Positions 25,342 to 39,217 are shown, counted from the stretch's first letter. The stretch is DNA of 64,000 nucleotides from Eledone cirrhosa (GCA_964016885.1 OZ024765.1:9548001-9612000); one strand, 5' to 3'. The notes: generated by a model from the sequence alone, not told the origin. Numbers and translations are program-made.

Positions 25342-25355
25342 ATCTAGTGTATTAC

Positions 25356-25506
25356 CGTTTTTTTTCTTCTTCACGCAAGCGTACTTCTTCCTCCATCTTT
25401 TTCTTCATTTCATATTCCAGACGTTCCTGCGACTCCATTTGAAGCAACTTCTCCTGCTCTGCTCTCTGTGCCTCCTCTTCCATCTCTCGTTGGCGCACCA
25501 ACAACT
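25356..25506 (-). CDS. KIAA2012: KIAA2012-like exon Q (coiled coil)
   Basis: TAACAG|ELLVRQREMEEEAQRAEQEKLLQMESQERLEYEMKKK...EEEKK|GTAAT; phase 1->2. Confidence 0.88.
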
Positions 25507-25748
25507 CTGTTAGCGAGAAGAGAGAGACTGAAGTATATTATATATACAAACCTCCACCTACTTCTCACCCGTCTATTTTTCACTCCCACCTTACTACATT
25601 CAACATGCCCAATCTCAAATCATTTCTCTGCCAAGAGATGGCAACATGAATGGATGAACCTGTTATTTTTCTCTAAAAACAATTTTTACAATTCCACCCT
25701 GCCCCTCCCTTCAATCTATCTAATTTCTCATTCTTTTTTTTTTTTTTT

Positions 25749-25783
25749 TTTCTGATGAAGGACTAGCCTCCGAAACGTTAAGA
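25749..25783 (+). ncRNA. Minimal hammerhead fold (GAAACGTTA type)
   Basis: CTGATGA-A-GGA CTAGCC TCC-GAAA-CG-TTA-AGA; weak stem I. Confidence 0.5.
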
Positions 25784-25876
25784 CTCTCTTCTTGCTATTT
25801 CAAGCGTTAACCTAATATATTCCTTCCATATAATGTACCGATTGTGTTGTTATTTCTGTTTACCTTTTACATACTT

Positions 25877-25925
<49 letters not shown>

Positions 25926-26064
25926 CAATTCTGATTCTTTTTTAATTGAGTTTGAATTATTTTTCCCACATCTTACGTTAACTATTTTCCCATTTTGACG
26001 CTATAGTCACTTATATATTATGGAATACTGTTGGCTTCTTGCTACAATACTTTCTATACCTTTC

Positions 26065-26124
<60 letters not shown>

Positions 26125-26306
26125 ATATTTGGGGAGGGTCATGTTGTTATAATATTGCTAGAAATATATAGTAAAATATACTCACTGTTTGGTTTAGGTT
26201 GGTTTTCACTTGAGTATATTTTATATTTCTATAGTTAATTCAGCTGACAATCAATGTTTATCATTGATTGACCAACAGTTAAAAATATAGATATAGATAT
26301 AGTTTC

Positions 26307-26346
26307 TCAGAGTTCTTTCATCACACACCTGTGACATCATCAGTGA
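26307..26346 (-). ncRNA. Minimal hammerhead fold, same design as 2958-3000
   Basis: Minus strand reads TCA-CTGATGA-T-GTCAC AGGTGT GTGAT-GAAA-GAAC-TC-TGA. Confidence 0.62.
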
Positions 26347-26469
26347 TATTATTATGTTTCCTCCTGTTGTATTATATATATGCATATATATAGATATATC
26401 ATCACTTTATGTCTATTCTATGCTTGCGTGGATTAGATGGGTTTTGTTTACATACATATATATGTAAAG

Positions 26470-26924
26470 GTTTGTAAAGGTAAGAGACCACCTCACAAGC
26501 CAAAGCTCCAATTCAAGGATTATGTAAGGGATTCATTGAAAAAAACTGGTTTGATGGTGGCTGACTGGGAGATAGGAGCTCTTGAAAGAGAAACTTGGCG
26601 TGGAATGGTGAATGATGGGGTCCATAATTTTGAGGACAGATGCATAGAGCACAAGAAGATCAATGCCCTGGTGTGTATCTCTCGATTGAATTGGTGTGCC
26701 CTGAGTGTGGAAAGGTGTGCTTGAGAAAATCTGGTCTCAGGAGCCACAGTCGCAGCCATGTTGAGAGAGAACCAGTGAACTATGATCTCCATGATATTGC
26801 GAGGGTTCACAGGCAACCTTATACAAGACCTGGGGCCAGGGAAGTCCATAGTTGTCGTCAATGTGCGAAGGAGTGCAAGTCTCTAGCAGGCTTGAAAAGC
26901 CATATCCAAGCATCACATATCTGA
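26470..26924 (+). mobile_element. RTE-like LINE 3' end with C2H2-type zinc-finger tail
   Basis: GKRPPHKPKLQFKD...W...A.ER..WR, then CPECGKVC...GLRSHSRSH and CRQCAKEC...GLKSH. Confidence 0.75.
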
Positions 26925-26991
26925 ATCTGACAAGCAATTGCAATACTCTTAGCAGAGTTTGCAGCCATCTTGTATATGTATACATACTTAC

Positions 26992-27164
26992 CCCGACGTC
27001 GACGTTCTTCATCCAACTGCTTCATTTTTAGTTGGTGAAGCTTCCTCGCATGCTCTTCCTTCCTCTTCTTCTCAGTCTCAGCCTCCTGAACCCTGCGTCG
27101 CTCCACCTCTTCCTCTTCTGCCTCTTTCCGGCGCCGTTCCTCCTCTATCTGTTGTCTACGCAAC
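26992..27164 (-). CDS. KIAA2012: KIAA2012-like exon P (E/R/K coiled coil)
   Basis: TTGTAG|LRRQQIEEERRRKEAEEEE...DEERRRR|GTAAG; phase 2->1. Confidence 0.88.
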
Positions 27165-28399
27165 CTACAAGACATCAGTGATGGCTGAGATTTAAACTGC
27201 AAATCATATCAGACATTATAAAGACGTATTTCAGATTAGATTTTACTCTTTAAACCAGTCGTATCTGGCCAGAATTCTCTCATCTCTTTCTGTTCAAATC
27301 AGCTATAACCAGCCACCCATACTGATGTTAAGGTATTGTTCTCAAAATAAATAACATCAAAATCTTGTAGATTCGATATTATGTGAAGTAAAGCTTTTAC
27401 CGTGAAAATACAATAGTATCATCATCATCATCATCATCAACGTTTAACGTCCATATTCCACGCTTGCATGGGTTTGGACAGGAGTTTTCCCACTTGAGGC
27501 AAGAGTGGTTGTCTTGCTCGCATAGGACTGTCTGGCGGGTTTTCTACAGCTGGATGCCCTTCCTAACACCAACCACATTTACAGTGTGGAACTGGGAGGT
27601 TTTTACCGTGTTACCTACACAGCCACATTACAGCGTTTGTTTCGGGCTGGATGTTGTGGTACCAACATAACTTTACATTGAAAGGGGTGGTGTGGATGGG
27701 ATGGGATGGGGGTGTATTTTGTTAGAGGTGCCTACTGACTGTAGTAGGTTTCACTTTGTACTTAGGCAAGGCAAGTCTTCTTTATTACTGTGTAGCACCA
27801 AAGATCTCGGTCCAGTGACATTGTCTTGGAGAGGTGTAAGTGTGTGAGGTCGGAATTTATCAAGTCATCCCAGGTTTTTCTGGGTCTGCCTACTCCTTGG
27901 CTACCGTCTATTTTTATTGCCCTGCACTTTTTTATACAGCTATCGTCTTTAATGTAAATGCTAAAGGGTTAAACATGGGTATGCAGAGAGCTGGAACAAA
28001 TACCGCAAACTACTTAATCCAGTTCTCTAACAACCAACAATTCATTGGTGACTGAAAATAACAATAGGGGCAGGGTTTCTAATTTAGGCACAAGGCCAGC
28101 AATTTTCCATGAGGTTTTTTTTTTTGGTATTCGAATGATAGTGGTCCCGATTCCTATCATGTTGTTTGTTACACTTCATACCTATATAGGTTTAGCTGAC
28201 TTCCTACAATGTTGTATCTCATAAAAGATTTCTTTGCTGTTTTAATCATAATGGCCCCAGTCCTATCATGTTGTTACAGTAATGCACTGGGATAATTGCT
28301 GGCCTTGTGCTAATAGTAAAAACAATTATTATTGTATACAATACAATTAGAGTTCAGAGATGAGCCAAAATCAAAACAGCTCAAGGTTTCCACACTTAC

Positions 28400-28614
28400 C
28401 TCCCTTCTTCCTCCTGTAATAAACGCTGTATTTCCATTTCCTCACGAATCTTTTCTTGGTGTTCAGCAGCTTTTCTTTCACGCAAAATTTGCTCTTCTCG
28501 TTCCTTTCGCTTTCTTTCTACCATCTCGCGCTGTTTCATTGCTCGAGCTCTCCTGTCAGCAGCCCGAGCATCTTTCATGGAAATTGAATTTGGTAGAGTG
28601 ACATCCTCAACTGT
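28400..28614 (-). CDS. KIAA2012: KIAA2012-like exon O (coiled coil)
   Basis: TTGCAG|TVEDVTLP...ARAADRRARAMKQREMVERKRKEREEQ...EEG|GTAAG; phase 0->2. Confidence 0.88.
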
Positions 28615-29671
28615 CTGCAATTAATTAGTTGTTGTAATTAACTCTTGACATCCTGTTTCCACATGAAACCACATTAGCAAAACATTCATCATCATCTTCA
28701 TTTAACATCTGCTTTCCCTGCTAGTGGAGGTGCATGGCCTAGTGTTAAGGATGTTGGACTTACGATCATAATGTTGTAGGTTCAATTCCTTGGCTGGGTT
28801 GCATGTTGTGTTCCTTATGTTCTTGAGCGAAACATTTCATTTCCTATTGCTCAGTATACTCAGTTGAAAATGAGTACCAGCAATAGCCTGGGGTTTAATC
28901 CTGCAATGGACCGGCATCTTGTACACTATCACTTCACGCCATGAAACTGGGATAAGCACTGGCCTAACCTTTTAGCATTCACATTATTTTATATATACTA
29001 TTATATTTTCATGGTAAAGGCTTTACCTCACATAATATCTCACATAACATTCACATTACTCTATATATACTATTATATTTTCATGGTAAAGGCTTTACCT
29101 CACATAATATCTCACATAACATTTACATTACTCTATATATACTATTATATTTTCATGGTAAAGGCTTTACCTCACATAATATCTCACATAACATTTACAT
29201 TACTCTATATATACTATTGTATTTTCATGGAAAAGGCTTTACCTCACATACTTATGCCACATAATATCGAATCTATGAGATTTTGAAAGTATTTATTTTG
29301 AGAACAATACCTTAACATCAGTTTGAGCGACCAGTTACAGCCAGTTTCAACAGAAAGAGGTAGAGAATTCTGGCCGTTTTTGAACATTAAAGGGTTAAGA
29401 CAGACTTTAGACTAGACTTTCCCAGATAGCAAGGGTTGAATGGGTGTACATAGACAAAGTCAGTACAGAAGCAGGGTTACTGAACTCCCAGACAGGCTGA
29501 GGAATCTGCATCGCACTTACATACAGAAAGTACAAAACAACATTATGACTACAACACATTAATACTGCAAATTTGCTCAACAATCTGTCCACTAGTAAAA
29601 ATATTATAAACATTTGAATTAACAGATCACATGGAACCACATTAGCAAGACATTGTTGAAAAGTAGATTTC

Positions 29672-30165
29672 CTGTCACCACAGTGCCAGACGCATTCCAT
29701 GCCATGCTGCCCTCAACGAGGTCATTAAGCATGGCTTGGACGCTGCAGGCTTCCCTTCCCAGCTCGAGCCAGTGGGGCTGGACCGAGGGGATGGCAAAAG
29801 GCCAGATGGCATGACCATCTTCCCGTTCTGAGGTGGCAAACCCCTTATCTGGGATGCCACTTTCACCGACACTTTCTGCAGCCGCAACCTGGTGCAGTCT
29901 GCGACTGACCCAGGTTCTGCTGCACGTCGGGCTGAGGGGGCCAAACTCCTCAAATACTGGTCCCTCTCCGACAGGTTTGCAGTCGTACCCCTGGCAGTGG
30001 AGACTTCTGGTGTCCTCGGCCCCAGGGCTACCTCCTTACTCACCACCATAGGCGCTGAGCTGGCCAGCCGCAGGTGTGAGCCCCGCGAGTTGGAGTGGCT
30101 TTTCCAGCGCGTCTCCCTTGCCATCCTCCGGGGAAACGCCTTCTCCATTCTGTATGCCGGGGTTG
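29672..30165 (+). mobile_element. CRE-like non-LTR retrotransposon 3' fragment (restriction-like endonuclease)
   Basis: RHAALNEVI...LEPVGLDRGDGKRPDG...WDAT...KY...PLAVETSG...FQRVSLAILRGNA; one stop codon; a second fragment lies at about 42234-42350. Confidence 0.85.
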
Positions 30166-30494
30166 TGGGTGGGCCCCATCGCGTACCAATACATTTGTTA
30201 AATACCATTCTTTTATCTGATATAACACCAATAGATATTATATATTTTTTTTTAAAATAATAATAATTTATCAACACTATGACTACATCACATTAAATAT
30301 CAAATCCCGCCGAGGTTGACTTTGCCTTTCATCCTTACGGGGTTGATAAAATGAAGTAGCAGTAATGTACTGGATAATTGCTGGCCTTGTGCCTAAAGTA
30401 GAAACAATTAAATATTAAAGTCTTTACTGTAAAACAGCAACTGCTCCACAATAATCTGTCCACTAGTAAAGATGCTATAAACATCTGAACAACA

Positions 30495-30981
30495 TCAATG
30501 ACAACAACAACAACAATAACAACAAAATAATGACGACAACAACAACAACAATATTGAAACAGCAACAATATTGACAACAACAACAACAATAACAACAAAA
30601 TAATGACAACAACAACAACAATATCGAAACAGCAACAATATTGACAACAACAACAAAATAATGACAACAACAACAACAACAACAATAACAATAACAACAA
30701 AATAATGACGACAACAACAACAACAAAATAATGACAACAACAAGAACAATAACAAAATAATGACAACAACAACAATAACACCAACAACAATAACAACACC
30801 AACAACAATAACAACAATATAATGACAACAACAACCACAACAACAACAACAACAACAACAATAACAACAACAATAATGACAACAACAACCACAACAACAC
30901 CAACAACAATAACAACAATATAATGACAACAACAACCACAACCACAACAACAATAACAACAATATAATGACAACAACAACC

Positions 30982-31013
<32 letters not shown>

Positions 31014-31165
31014 AACAACAAAATAATGACAACAACAACAACAAAATAATGACAACAACAACAACAACAACAACAACAATAACAACAAAATAATGACAAC
31101 AACAACAACAATAACAACAGCAACAATAACAACAACAACAGCAACAACAACAACAACACCACCAC
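30495..31165. repeat. (CAA)n-rich microsatellite
   Basis: Seen directly; intronic. Confidence 0.9.
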
Positions 31166-31195
31166 CTGAAAGATATGAGGTACAGCAAGTCTGAC

Positions 31196-31465
31196 CTTGT
31201 TCACCACCTCTGCTGTTACAACTGCAGCTTTCTCTTCTGTCGACATTAAAATACGTCTCAACTCCTTTTTAATGTCCAACTCTTCCTGCAGATCTGCTGC
31301 TGCTGAGCAATTCTGTTTTGAAATGTCTTCAGCCATATTATCATCATCATCATCATCATCATCTTCTTCTTCTTCTTCTTCTTCTTCTTCTTCTTCGGTG
31401 TCTTCTTCGTTTAGCTGTTGGCCTTCTATATCATCCTCTCCGTAGCTTATATACCCACCTTTGTC
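31196..31465 (-). CDS. KIAA2012: KIAA2012-like exon N (acidic)
   Basis: TTACAG|DKGGYISYGEDD...polyE/D...ELDIKKELRRILMSTEEK...VVNK|GTCAG; 270 nt, phase 0->0. Confidence 0.8.
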
Positions 31466-31486
31466 CTGTAAGAGTCAAAATTAACG

Positions 31487-32048
31487 ATGGTGATGGTGGT
31501 GGTGGTGGTGGTGGTGATGGTGGTGGTGGTGGTGGTGGTGATGGTGATGGTGGTGGTGGTGGTGATGGTGATGGTGATGGTGGTGGTGGTGGTGATGGTG
31601 GTGGTGGTGGTGGTGGTGGTGGTGATGGTGGTGGTGATGGTGGTGGTGATGGTGACGGTGATGGTGATGGTGGTGATGGTGACGGTGATGGTGATGGTGG
31701 TGATGGTGATGGTGATGGTGATGGTGACGATGGTGGTGATGGTGGTGGTGATGGTGATGGTGATGAGGATGGTGATGGTGGTGATGGTGACGATGATGAT
31801 GGTGGTGGTGATGGTGACGGTGGTGACGACGATGGTGACAGTGATGGTGATGGTGACGATGATGGTGGTGGTGACGATGGTGATGGTGATGGTGGTGATG
31901 GTGACGATGATGATGATGGTGACGGTGATGATGATGGTGATGGTGACGGTGACGATGATGGTGACGGTGGTGATGATGATGATGATGATGATGGTGACAA
32001 TGATGATGATGGCGATGGTGATGGTGATGTTGACGACAGTGACAATGC

Positions 32049-32080
<32 letters not shown>

Positions 32081-32150
32081 GCAATGATGGTGATGATCAT
32101 CATAACAATGAGGATGATGGCGATGGTGATGGTGATGATGATGACGGTGA
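31487..32150. repeat. (GGT/GAT)n microsatellite
   Basis: Seen directly; fills most of the intron between exons M and N. Confidence 0.9.
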
Positions 32151-32219
32151 CACAAGACATTAATTACAAAATTTAAAAGAAATAATAAATAAAATATGAA
32201 CACAATTGAGTCTTCTTAC

Positions 32220-32533
32220 CAATTCCTTTCTCTGCTTGTGATGGAAAACAGCAGAAGATACACCATTCTCACTGTCTACATCATCAATGTCGTCCTGAGT
32301 TAAAGTCTGAATTCCATGATCTGAAGATCTGTTGAACAAGTTCCTTTGTTTTTCTGAGTTTATAGATGAATTCAAATGGTCTGTAATCACCTCCATCATT
32401 TTAATGCTGGACCAGCTTCCAGTATTTTCAAAATGGCTGCTGGATTTTGTTTCAGCAGAAGACAGCTTTCTGTGTCTGACATGCCTGTTCTTTGATTTCT
32501 TTGGTTTACGATGTTTCTTGGATTTGAAATTGT
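32220..32533 (-). CDS. KIAA2012: KIAA2012-like exon M
   Basis: TTTCAG|NFKSKKHRKPKKSK...MMEVITDH...KQRKEL|GTAAG; phase 1->0. Confidence 0.8.
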
Positions 32534-33023
32534 CTGAAAATGGTTGGTGAGATTATATAGGTTATATATATATATATGATAAAATGTGATAGATTTCTGC
32601 AGTTTTACAATCAGAAGATAGAAATAAACATCATTAAAGAAAATATATATATATATATATAGAGGCACATGGCTTAGTGGTTAGAGCATTGGCCTTGCAA
32701 TCGAAAGGTTGGGAGTTCAATTCTTAGACCGGGTGATGTGTTGTTTCCTTGAGCAAGACACTTTATTTCACATTGCTCCAGTTTACTCAGCTGTAGAAAT
32801 GAGATGATAGGGACTGGGTTCCCTATCATTCCACTGCAAAGTGGACGTGTAGGCGCCACAGCAAAAAAGCACCCAGCACTCACTGTAAATGAGGTTGGTG
32901 TTAGGAAGGGCATCCAGCTGTAGAAATCAAGCCAGAATCAGTTCCCGTCCCACCCTTGCAAGCAGGGAAAAGTGGACGTAAAATGAAATGATGATGATGA
33001 TATATATATATATATATATATAT

Positions 33024-33219
33024 AGCGAAGGAAATGTGGTAAGGCACCAGATGGACCATAACGCACCAAAGTACTCAATACTTAGGGTAGTAGAGTGGGT
33101 CATAGGAATGAGTAGGACCCCGACGGCTGAGCTCAAGCCGTTTCGACGGCTAATTCTGAGTCCAGCATTAGCCGTCGAAACGGCTTGAGCTCAGCCGTCG
33201 GGGTCCTACTCGTTCCTAT
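33024..33219. repeat. Dispersed ~200-bp element ending in a long hairpin
   Basis: ~52-bp inverted arms within 33102-33219; homologs at 20325-20636, 50668-50843 and about 14508-14620. Confidence 0.8.
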
Positions 33220-33664
33220 ATGTATATATATATATATTGTTATACTTTGGGAGGGTCATGTTGCCAATAAGAAACACACAGTTATAAATTTCCAGTTGGT
33301 TGGTTCCACAAAGAAAAACACACATAGACACCTGGATGTAACACATGCGCAAACTAAGCACACAACACACACAAAAACAAGATGGCGTAGGACAGAACAA
33401 AGGAGAGGCACAAAACAAAGAAAAGAATCCCCAGTCACTGAAGTGGTCACAGAATGTGTGATGAAAGATGGTGGTGGTGGTGTTGTTGGTGGTGGTGTTG
33501 GTGGTGGTGGTGGTGGTGATTTTGTTGGTGGTGTTGTTGTTGTTGGTGGTGGTGGTGATTATGATGATGTTACAAATAAAGTCTCAGTGCTTGTCTGGGA
33601 GTGTGGGAAAGGATTGGGAGGGGTCACTAAATGGTAGTTATGTCATGTGGTCACACATACTTAC

Positions 33665-33832
33665 GTTTTGAACTGACTGACGTTGTTGACGTTCTCTCTC
33701 TCTCTTTCTTTTGCGTTTTCTGTTTGTTATTGTTGTTGTTGCTGTTGCTGTTGTTGCTGTTGTTGTTGTTGTTGTTGCCATTCTCCACAGCAGAATACAG
33801 CTGTTTCATTTCTCCAGAATAATCGACTCGAC
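33665..33832 (-). CDS. KIAA2012: KIAA2012-like exon L (poly-Asn)
   Basis: CCCAAG|RVDYSGEMKQLYSAVENGNNNN...SVSSK|GTAAG; 168 nt, phase 1->1. Confidence 0.7.
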
Positions 33833-33915
33833 CTTGGGAGGAACATGAAGAGATATGAGTAGAAGTGGCAGTGATGGTTGTAAGAGAGAAACAGAGGGAC
33901 AAAGAGGAAGAGGGA

Positions 33916-34753
33916 TATGGTATGGTATGGTATGCTATGGTATGCTATGGTATGGTATGGTATGGTATGCTATGGTATAGTATGCTATGATATGCTATGC
34001 TATGGTATGGTATGCTATGGTATGCTATGGTATGCTATGCTATGGTATGGTATGCTATGCTATGGTGTGGTATGCTATGGTATGGTATGGTATGGTATGG
34101 TATGGTATGCTATGGTATGCTATGGTATGGTATGGTATGGTATGCTATGGTATGCTATGGTATGCTATGGTATGGTATGGTATGGTATGCTATGGTATGC
34201 TATGGTATGCTATGGTATGGTATGGTATGGTATGCTATGGTATGCTATGGTATGCTATGGTATGCTATGGTATGGTATGGTATGGTATGGTATGGTATGG
34301 TATGCTATGGTATGCTATGGTATGGTATGGTATGGTATGCTATGGTATGGTATGGTATGGTATGGTATGGTATGCTATGCTATGCTATGGTATGCTATGC
34401 TATAGTATGCTATGGTATGCTATGCTATGGTATGCTATGGTATGCTATGGTATGCTATGGTATGCTATAGTATGCTATGCTATGGTATGCTATGCTATGG
34501 TGTGGTATGCTATGGTATGGTATGCTATGCTATGCTATGGTGTGGTATGCTATGGTATGGTATGCTATGCTATGCTATGGTATGGTATGCTATGCTATGG
34601 TGTGGTATGCTATGGTATGGTATGCTATGCTATGGTATGCTATGCTATGCTATGGTATGGTATGGTATGCTATGCTATGGTATGGTATGGTATGCTATGG
34701 TATGCTATGCTATGCTATGGTATGCTATGCTATGCTATGGTATGGTATGGTAT
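33916..34753. repeat. (TATGG/TATGC)n pentanucleotide satellite
   Basis: Seen directly in the sequence. Confidence 0.95.
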
Positions 34754-34918
34754 AGTCCCATAACTCCTGACGGAGTCGTAGGGGCGTCACAATGGCATAC
34801 AGTGTTTCTTGGACATTTTTTTAAAAGCCTGGCAAAGCCTATCCCTCTCCAAGTTTGAACACCGCCTATTTCTTCCAGCTGGTATGGTATAGACCTGTAA
34901 CTCCTGAGGAGTCGTAGG

Positions 34919-35077
34919 CAGGGCCGTCTTAACGCATGGGCATGCTGGGCAACTGCCCGGGGGCCCCACGAGGATAGGGGGCCCATTTGTATTTTTATTC
35001 CTGTGAGTGGTTGTCTAGGTAGGGGCCCCAGTTCTCTGCTTTGCCCGGGGGCCTATAATGCTGTTAAGACTGCCTTG
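34919..35077. mobile_element. hAT (Tip100-like) MITE with perfect 8-bp TSD
   Basis: TIRs CAGGGCCGTCTTAAC / GTTAAGACTGCCTTG; TSD GTCGTAGG at 34911-34918 and 35078-35085. Confidence 0.88.
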
Positions 35078-35654
35078 GTCGTAGGGGCACCATATTGACA
35101 TGCAGCGTTTCTAAGGCATTTTTAAAAGCTGGTGGAGCCCATCTCTTCTCCAAGTCTGAATACAGTAGATTTCTTCCAGAGAAGGATAGAGAGTGAGAGA
35201 GAAGAAGTGAAAGAGAGATATAGAGGAAAAATTGACCCCAGTTCTTGACTGGTATTATTTACTAATTTTTAGGGTGGTGGATTGGCAGTATCGGTAGAGG
35301 GTCGGACGCCATGCTTTGACGTATAGAGTTACAGCCCTTGCCATTCTGAGTTCAAATCCCGCTGAGGTTAACTTTGCCTTTCATCCTTACGAGGTCGATA
35401 AAATAAAGTACCAGTAATGCACTGGGTAATTGCTGGCATTGTGCCTAAAAGTAGAAACAATTATTTTTCCTGCCGAGGTTGACTTTGCTTTTCATCCTTA
35501 CGGGGTCGATAAAATAAAGTACCAGTAATGTACTGGGTAATTGCTGGCCTTGTGCCAATAGTAGAAACAATTATTTACTATTTTTTATCAACCTGGAATG
35601 GATGAAAGACAAAGGAACATTAAACAGGAGTTATGCTTTAAAAAGCTTACTTAC

Positions 35655-35859
35655 TGATTTTAAATCCATCTTTCTTCGGAACTGAAGATTTTTGTGCTGG
35701 TTTCAAACCAACTTTCTGGTAGTTCACCTTCAAGGGTTTCTTGTGGCTTCTTTTAACAATGGAAGACACCTTCTTCTTCATTGGTTTTGTAGGTATTGTT
35801 CGACGACGACTCTTGGCAATGGATTCTGATTGTGTTTTGGGTTGTATATTATCATTGAG
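35655..35859 (-). CDS. KIAA2012: KIAA2012-like exon K (Lys-rich)
   Basis: CCCCAG|LNDNIQPKTQSESIAKSRRR...KKDGFKI|GTAAG; phase 0->1. Confidence 0.75.
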
Positions 35860-37129
35860 CTGGGGTTTGGAACATAACATAACAAAGGTTCTTACATAGA
35901 ATTACGATGGAAGATTTTTAGATAAATATATACACTTTAGCCCCTTTCATTACATAAGGCCAATAATCAGTTTGTATACAGTTAGCAGGGCTCACAAACA
36001 CTGTACCTCCCCCACAGCACAGGTATTGCCCCTCACAGGCATCGCCCCCTCACTCAGAGCACAGGCACTTCACCCTCACAAGGCAGACATCACCTCTGCC
36101 TCACAACACAGACATCACCTCTGCCTCACAACACAGACATCACCTCTCCCTCACAACACAGACATCACCTCTCCCTCACAACACAGGCACTACCCCTAAC
36201 AGCCACAAACACTGCCCATAACATGCACAGGCACTAGCCCTCACAGGTACCACATTTCAGAGGCACAAACACTGCTTCTCCTTCACGGGCATTGCCCCTC
36301 TCCCCCGACCCTTCCCTCATAACACAGGCACCCCTCCATCACAGGCATCACCTCTCCCTCCCAACACAGGCACTAACCTTTCCTCACAGGCATTGCCGCT
36401 CTATCTCAGACCCCCCCCCCCCCCGCCTCATAGATCCTGCTCCTGCACAGGCCTCATCCCTCCCTCGCAACACAGGCCTCATCCCTCCCTCGCAAGCATT
36501 GCCGCGCTCTTTCCCAAACCCTGTCCTCCCCCTCACAGATCCTGCTCCACCCTCACAGTACAGGCGCCACCCCTTTCTCACTAAACTAAAGAGTAAAAAA
36601 TAATTGTTTCTACTTTAGGCACAATGCCAGCAATTACCCCAGTGCATTACTGGTACTTTATTTTATCGACCCCGTAAGGATGAAAGGCAAAGTTAACCTG
36701 GGCGGGATTTGAACTCAGAATGGCAAGGGTCGTAACTCTATGCGTCAAAGCATGGCGTCCGACCCTCTACCGATACTGCCAATCCACCACCCTCTGTGAG
36801 GGCTAGTGCCTGTGCATGTTATGGGAAGTGTTTGTGGCTGTTAGGGGTCGTGGATTAAAAGATAATTGTTTCTACGTTAGGCACAAGGCCAGCAATTACC
36901 CAGTGCATTACTGGTACTTTATTTTATCGACCCCGTAAGGATGAAAGGCAAAGTCAACCTCGGCGGGATTTGAACTCAGATCGTAAAGGGACGTAACTAT
37001 GCTGGAAAGCATGGCGTCCGACCGTCTACCGATACTGTCAATCCACCGTCATTGTGGATTAAAGTGGATTAAAAGATAATAAAGTGGATAAAAACAAAAA
37101 AGACCACCAAAAACAACGTATTGTCTTAC

Positions 37130-38343
37130 CCTATTAGACTTGTCATAAACCACACCTGCATCACTGGTTGGGGTCTGTACAACCACCACAATGTCCCCTA
37201 TTGTGTTTGTTACTGCTGGGGTCTCCGTTTGAACCCCTGTCAGCAGCTGGGTGTGTCCTGCACTAATAACTTCTTGGACATCTCCGTCTCCGTTTCCGTC
37301 GTTCTGATTGACGAACGAGAACGACGTGTCTTTTGTCGGGATTTCTCCGAGAATTGACGCAACTTTCTTCTCCGAGACATCCCTCTCTTCCGTGTCACCG
37401 TCACCGTCACCGTCACCAACACCGTCACCATCACTGTCACCAACACCAACACCACCACCGTCACCAACACCATTACCAACACCAACACTGTCACCAACAC
37501 CAACACCGTCACCAACATTGTCACCACCACCGTCACCATCACCATCACCACCACCGTCACCAACACCGTCACCATCACCGTCACCATCACCGTCACCAAC
37601 ACCATGAGGAAGAAAATGATCATCATCATTATCATCACCATCATATGGATCACCACCACCACCATCAGCATCATCATCATCATCATCACCACCATCACCA
37701 TTGTCATCACCGAGGCCAACAACCACTGAAACATCATTATTGCGATCATCATCATCATCATCATCATTATCATCATGATGATGTGCATCCTTTACTTTCT
37801 CTTTTCCTTCTTCTTTGCTTCTTCCTCCTCCTCCTCCCCCTCCTCCTCCTCCCCCTTCCTCCACCCCCACCCCCACCACAACGTATCCCTTGTCTATTCG
37901 AGTATTTGCTTCTCTGTGTCTCATCTCAATTGGTCCCTCCATCTTCACAGCCTCGTCATCACCACCATCATCATAATCGCCATCATCACCATCATCATCA
38001 CCATTACTCTCATGATGATGATGATGATGATGATGATCATCATCATCATCATCATCATTATCATCATCACCACCACCACCGTCATCATCAAATGATATCA
38101 CACATTTCTCTTTCTGCATATCTTTCTCTATGACATCATGTTGTTGATGGTATTGTTGTTGTTGTTGTTGTTGGTGGTGGTGGTGCTGTTTCTGTAGCCG
38201 TTGTTGTTGTTGCTGTTTTAGTTGCCGTTTTTGTTGTTGTTGTTGTTGTTCCTGTTGTTGTTGTTGTTGTTGTTTGTGGTGGTGGTTGTGTTGGTGTCTG
38301 GTGAAGGGTGTAACCAGAGGAAGAAGAATCTGAGGTGGTATTT
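37130..38343 (-). CDS. KIAA2012: KIAA2012-like exon J (1214 nt; Q/H/D/G low complexity)
   Basis: TTCCAG|[18 protein letters not shown]...polyQ...MQKEKCV...polyD/G...VVYDKSNR|GTAAG; open throughout, phase 1->0. Confidence 0.72.
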
Positions 38344-38729
38344 CTGGAATAGATAAATAGATAGAGAGATAGATGGAGAGAGAAATAGGCTAACAGACAG
38401 ACAGACAGACAGATGGACAAACAGTCTCCAAGGATACTTTATCCAATTTCCTTGGTGTTAAGTGTCTGAGAATATAAGGCATCCTCTGAACAGGACATCA
38501 AACTCGCAACCTCCCGATTACGAGTCCAATTCTCTGACCACTAAACCAACTGCCTTCACTGAGAGAGTATAAGGGGAGGAAAAATGAGGCCATTTACAGC
38601 TTCTACTGTAAATCTAGAACTGTACACTAGACTATTTGTGACACTAAAATATGAGATTATTTTGAATTTTTTTGTTTGCTTTGTTTTCTTGTTTTTTTTT
38701 GTTGTTTTTTGTTGTTTTTTTTTACAGAT

Positions 38730-39200
38730 CATACCTTCAGTATTTATGCCAACCCTTAACTATGGTCCTGGATCTTCGGTAATGACTGAAAGAATAGAAT
38801 TGCGAATACAAGTGGCCAAAATGAGATTCCTCTGAAGGGTCTTTGGAGTAACATTACTCGGTAAAGTGTGTAACTCGGAGATCAGAGAGTCATTCGAGGT
38901 AGAGCTGCTACTTCTCCGAATTAAGAGATCACAACTCTAATACTATGGACATGTGGTTAGAATGTCTCAGGAAAGAATCACTGGACAGATTTTACAGACA
39001 AAAACCAACTGGCAGGAGACATCGGGGTAGACCCTGAGCAGGATGATTGGATAACATCCTTGAGCTTGGCTGGTCACACTTGGGTATCCAGCCAGATCAG
39101 TTGGAGACGGTTGCTTCTGAGAGGACCTGTTGGAAGGTATGTTGAGGACTCTGCTCCACAACCCTCTCAGGAATAAGTGGGCAAAGAAGAAGATGATGTT
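38730..39200 (+). mobile_element. Old RTE-like LINE 3' fragment
   Basis: FMPTLNYG...RIQVAKMRFL...YGHVVRM...RGRP remnants. Confidence 0.75.
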
Positions 39201-39217
39201 GATGATGATGATCTCAC

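Noticed and set aside
26640-26924. Stand-alone C2H2 zinc-finger gene
   Set aside because: Contiguous with a frameshifted RTE-like LINE 3' end, antisense within an intron.
31318-32203. Long Gly/Asp, Pro/Ser and His ORFs in (GGT/GAT)n, also at 43019-44723 and 56834-57426
   Set aside because: Flanking exons splice across them in phase; the open frames come from triplet repeats.
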